Origin: Cyanophora paradoxa CCMP329 | Taxonomy: Eukaryota; Plantae; Glaucophyta | DNA: 64,000 nt | Reading direction: 5' to 3' | Assembly: GCA_004431415.1 (NCBI GenBank) | Contig: QPMI01000017.1 | Location: forward strand, 310,001 to 374,000 | In this document: positions 59,844 through 64,000 of the stretch, piece after piece | How positions within the stretch are numbered: position 1 is the first letter of the stretch | How the letters are laid out: the number at the start of each line of letters is the position of its first letter | Program-made: the position numbers and the translations under genes | Notes under the pieces: generated by a model | What the model saw: only the letters and a program-made list of their open reading frames with translations | What the model was told of the DNA's origin: nothing | The model's database searches: none

Positions 59844-60139
59844 AGACGGCCAGCACGTCCGGCGAGGCGCCTCGGAGGTCAGCGCTTGGTTGCAGTCGTC
59901 GCAGCTAACAACAGCGCTCGACAGCCACGTGCGCAGGCCATATGCATCGGCCGCGCACGAGCGGCACGACCCGCCCGCTGGCTGGTAGGCCCGTGGCCGT
60001 CTCCACTCGACTCGCGTACCCAAGACGACTACATCGTAACCTTAACTACCCGCCCTACGCAGATCAGCGAGGAGCCAGCAAAGCAGCGAGCAAAGCGTGT
60101 ACGAGCGGGCCGCGCTGGGTCGGCGCGCGGTGACCGGCG

Positions 60140-61471
60140 ATGCTCAAAATCAACTGGGAGCTCGTCGGAACGCCAGAGCGCGAGCGCGCCTGCGTGGATT
60201 TTCTCAATGAGAGCTTCCGCAAGTGAGCGCACACGGCGCCGCCGCCCCGCAGCAGCGCAGCATGCCTTGACACCGCCTCTCGCAGGTTCGCGTCGCAGAA
60301 GCCCGACGTGCTGGGCGATCTGAAAGTCGAGAGCGTGTGCTTCGGCTCGACGCCACCGGTCTTTAAGATTCTGGCCGTCTCCACGGACCTGCCGCCCGAC
60401 CGCCCTCCTGCTGGCCCGCGGCGCCCGCGGGAGGCAGGCGATGAGAGTTCCAGGCGGTTAGACGGCGCAGCGGCGGGCTTCCCGCGGAGTCCATCGCAGG
60501 ACAGCCTCGCCAGCGCGGGATCCACGGACCACTTCGCCGGCGCCTTCCCGCAGGTCCGCTCGCTCCCCGCCGCCCGCTCTCTGGCGCCGCTCGCGACGCG
60601 CGAGCTGCAGGGCCTCTCGGGGCTCTCTGTGCGGTCGGGCGGCTCGGCGGCGCTGGGGCGGGACCCGGAGCACAGCCTCGCCGAGCTGCGGCTGGAGCTC
60701 GGGATGGAGTGCGCGCCGCCCGCGCCGGCCCCCCGCCAGCCGCCCCTGACGCCCCCGGAACGCAGGTACGATGGGGACGCCCGCATCGCCATCTCCACAG
60801 ACTTCCGAGTGGTCCGCCGCCCCGCCCCGCCCCGCCGTCCGCCACTCGCGCCTTAGCTCTGCGCCCGCAGAACGTGCCGATCCCGGAGTTTTTGAAGCTG
60901 CCGCTGGCGGTCTCGATCGACAAGCTGACCTTCCGGGGTACGCTGGTCGTCGAGTACTGCGGCGACTCCATCTCCGTCTACTTCCGCGAGGACAGGCGCG
61001 CCCCGCCCCGCCCGCCCGGCCCGCCCCGCCCGCCCGCCCGGCTCCGAAGACGAAGCGGGGCGGCGCAGGGAAGGACCGGAGGCGGGGCCCCTCAAGGAGC
61101 TCGCCTTCGGCATCGGCGTGCGCCCGCTCGCTTCCGCGCCTGTACCCCTCCCTCCGTCCCGCCCCGAGCCGCCGGCGCCGCCCCCCGGGCGCAGATCGGC
61201 GCTGACCCCGCGGTCCTGAAGAACAAGGACAAGGTCAGCGGCCGGCCGCGCTCCCTCGCCGCCGCCGCCCCTCACGCGCGCCCTCGCACCCCCCAGATCG
61301 AGAGCTTCATCTCTTTTTTCATACGGAAGATCATCCGCGAGCAGCTCGTGTACCCCAACCGCCTCGTCCTGCCCCTCGGTGCGCCCCTCCCCGCTCGAAT
61401 CGGATCCCGCCGCACGCCAGCTCACACGCGTGGGCGGCCCTGCAGAACTCCTCACCGCCGCCAAGCCCTGA
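60140..61471 (+). CDS. MDM12: ERMES subunit Mdm12 (SMP domain)
   Basis: MLKINWE...FLNESF, L.V....FGSTPP, YDGD.RI, NVPIPEFLKLPL...I..LTFRG, IG....VLKNKDK|IESFI...IRKII..QLVYPN. No TM helix. Confidence 0.85.
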
Positions 61472-61871
61472 CCGTCGGACCAGAATTCGCGCGGGGAATA
61501 TTCCTGGATTAGTAGATTAGTTTAGAAGGAGCAGATTAGTTTAGCGTCGAATTTTGTTCAGTTTTTGAGTGCCGCACGGGCAAGCTTAAGGGGGACCTAA
61601 GGGGGACCTGAGGAGGTCGGAGGGGTAGATGGGCACGGGAGCAGTTCAGGCGTTAACGTTGGGCTTCGCGAAATGCATATGCGGTGGATGGAGGCCGCGC
61701 GGACCGTAGCTAAGCACTAGCTACCGCGGACCCCGTTCATGGCTGGAGCCTGCATGCAGCTGGATCCCGGAGGTCGAGCACGAGCCGACGTCCGCACACG
61801 CTGCGGCTGAGCTGAGCTGCGTCAACGTATTTTAAGCAGCCTGGCAGCTGAGCTGCACGGGAGCGCGTGTC

Positions 61872-63448
61872 ATGTCGCTGCGTCCGCCGGTTCGGCTGGT
61901 GAGGGTGCTGGCGGGCGCCCTCCTCATCGTCGTCTGCGCGCTGCTTGCGTTCGACGTGCTGGGTGCGCACGCGTCGCGTCGCGAATGCGAACGTGATCCT
62001 TCCTGGGGGCGCTGAAATCCCGAGCGCCGCGCAGGCAGGGCGTCGACGTCGTGGATGGCGCCCCCGGCGGTGTTCAGCGCGGACGGCCTTCCCGCGAACG
62101 CGAGCGAGATCCTGAACGAGCTCTCGGATAAGGTGCACCGCTCGCACGGCCCAGCCCCCGAGCCTTCCTCCGGCTCTGAGCGCGCGGGCAGACGGGCGCG
62201 ATGCGGCTCTACCTGCGGCGGGTCGCTGCGAAGACGTTGCGCCAGGCGTCCTTCTGGATGATCGTGGCGGAGCCGGCGCTGGACCAGTTCGTGTCGGCGT
62301 CGATCTTCAACGGGGGCGAGTGGGACCCGGCCGTGGAGCACCTCTTCCTCGCCGCCGCCGCCCCGCGCTGCGCCTCGGGGGACGCCCCGCTCTTCGTCGA
62401 CGTCGGCTCCCACGTGCGCTCGCCCCGCCGTCCCTTCGCCTCGAGCCTGCCCGCCCCGCTCTGCCCGCGGCCGACGCCTCGCCCGCCCCCGCGCAGGTGG
62501 GCTACTTCTCGCTGCACGCGGCGGCCGCCGGGTGCCGGGTGCTCGCCCTGGAGCCTCAGACGGCCCTGTGGTCCCTCCTCGCCGCCTCCGCCCGCCTCAA
62601 CGGCTTCCCCGCCCTATCCGCCCGCAACGCCGCCGCCTCCGACGCCTCCGGTGCCGCCCGTGCCTCCTTGCAGCTCGAGCCCCAGCCTCACGCGGCGCAG
62701 GGCGGAGCGTGCGGATCCAGGCAGCGCCGGACGCGAACATGGGCGGGGCGCGCGTCTCGGAGGAGGGCGCCGACGCGCAGGGCGTCTCCACCGTGACCCT
62801 CGACGAGCTCCTGGGCGGCGCCGACGGGCCCAAGATCGCCATGCTCAAGGCCCGGAGCTCCCCGGAGACTCTCTCCCGCACGCTGGACTGATCGGCGGGG
62901 GCGGGCGGGGGGGCAGGCGGACTGCGAGGGGTACGAGACGCGGGCGTTCGCGGGGGGGCGGCGGCTCTTCGAGAGCGGGCGCGTGCAGACGGTCGTGTTC
63001 GAGATCCAGCCGAGGGCCCTCGGGGGCCTCCCCCAGACCCTCGAGGCGCGCCCCCTCGGGCCCCGCGCCTTCCTTCCCTTTCCTTCCCGCCCGACCGACG
63101 CGCGCGGGCGCGGGCGCAGCTCATGGGCCAGCTGCGGGCGTGGCGCTACGCGCTGTACGAGATGAACCGGCTGGCGACGGAGGCGGCGCCGGGGGCGTTC
63201 GGGGGGCGGCGCGTGGCGGCGGGGGCGCTGGAGGCGGCGCTGCTGGCGGGGCCGGCGGCCGACGAGGACCTCGCCCGCCGCGTCGAGAAGGCCTGCTCCC
63301 AGCAGGCGCGCGCGCGTACCCCTCCGAATCGATCCGAGCCCCTCGCTCTGCCCCTGACGCCCGCCCGCCCTTTCTTGCGTCCGCCACGCAGGGCCACTGC
63401 ACCACGGACGTCTTCGCCGTCCTCGAGGGCGTCGCCGTCGCCAGCTAG
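61872..63448 (+). CDS. FkbM-family SAM methyltransferase with N-terminal signal anchor
   Basis: VLAGALLIVVCALLAF; FVDVGSH|VGYFSL; VLALEP; VTLDEL; MLK|ADCEGYE. Confidence 0.88.
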
Positions 63449-63738
63449 CTGTAGCCGGCCCGGGCCGGCTGCCCGCGGCCTGCGCGCGGCCCCGGGCCCT
63501 GTGGCCTTTGCCCTCTCCCTCTAATTACATTTCTACTTTATAATTACGTATTCCAAATCGCTATATATGCTATATATACCGTACTGCTATTCCTTGCTTT
63601 GTGTTCGCTTGGGCAGCTCGCAGTCTGTGAGTGTATAGGATGCATTACTATTGCACAGAACATGAATCGTGTAACTGCCGACAGCAGCGCGGCGGCCCGC
63701 CCCGAAGCGAGCAAGCTCTCGGAGCTAGCAAAGCAGGG

Positions 63739-64000
<262 letters not shown>

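Overview
Eukaryotic nuclear DNA: very GC-rich, gene-dense, with many short (~50-110 nt) spliceosomal introns (CTGAC-like branch points, frequent GC-AG donors). Most long ORFs in the supplied track are GC artefacts, so genes were rebuilt by hand exon by exon. Plastid-type N-terminal presequences with an early Phe, together with intron style and base composition, suggest a glaucophyte alga such as Cyanophora paradoxa (inference). About 25 genes are present. They include two inverted histone H2B copies, each with a 3' histone stem-loop, enclosing a fibrillin and an ankyrin-HECT ligase with an internal 2.4 kb tandem duplication. Also present: C2-domain, LamG, TrmH, CIA30, lipase, DUF4062-NACHT, SET, RING-H2, F-box/RING, LONRF, UPF0415, rhodanese, GMPPA, a modified Fpg, a sirtuin, an FkbM methyltransferase and the 3' end of OTC. 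Highlights: (1) two subunits of the ER-mitochondria tether ERMES (Mdm34 and Mdm12) in a plastid-bearing alga; (2) paralogue comparison showing that the stacked micro-palindromes in intergenic DNA are discrete indels, probably iterative fold-back insertions; (3) an Fpg lacking its N-terminal catalytic proline and fused to an AT-hook/poly-Q tail. Gene boundaries are manual predictions and some 5' ends are approximate.
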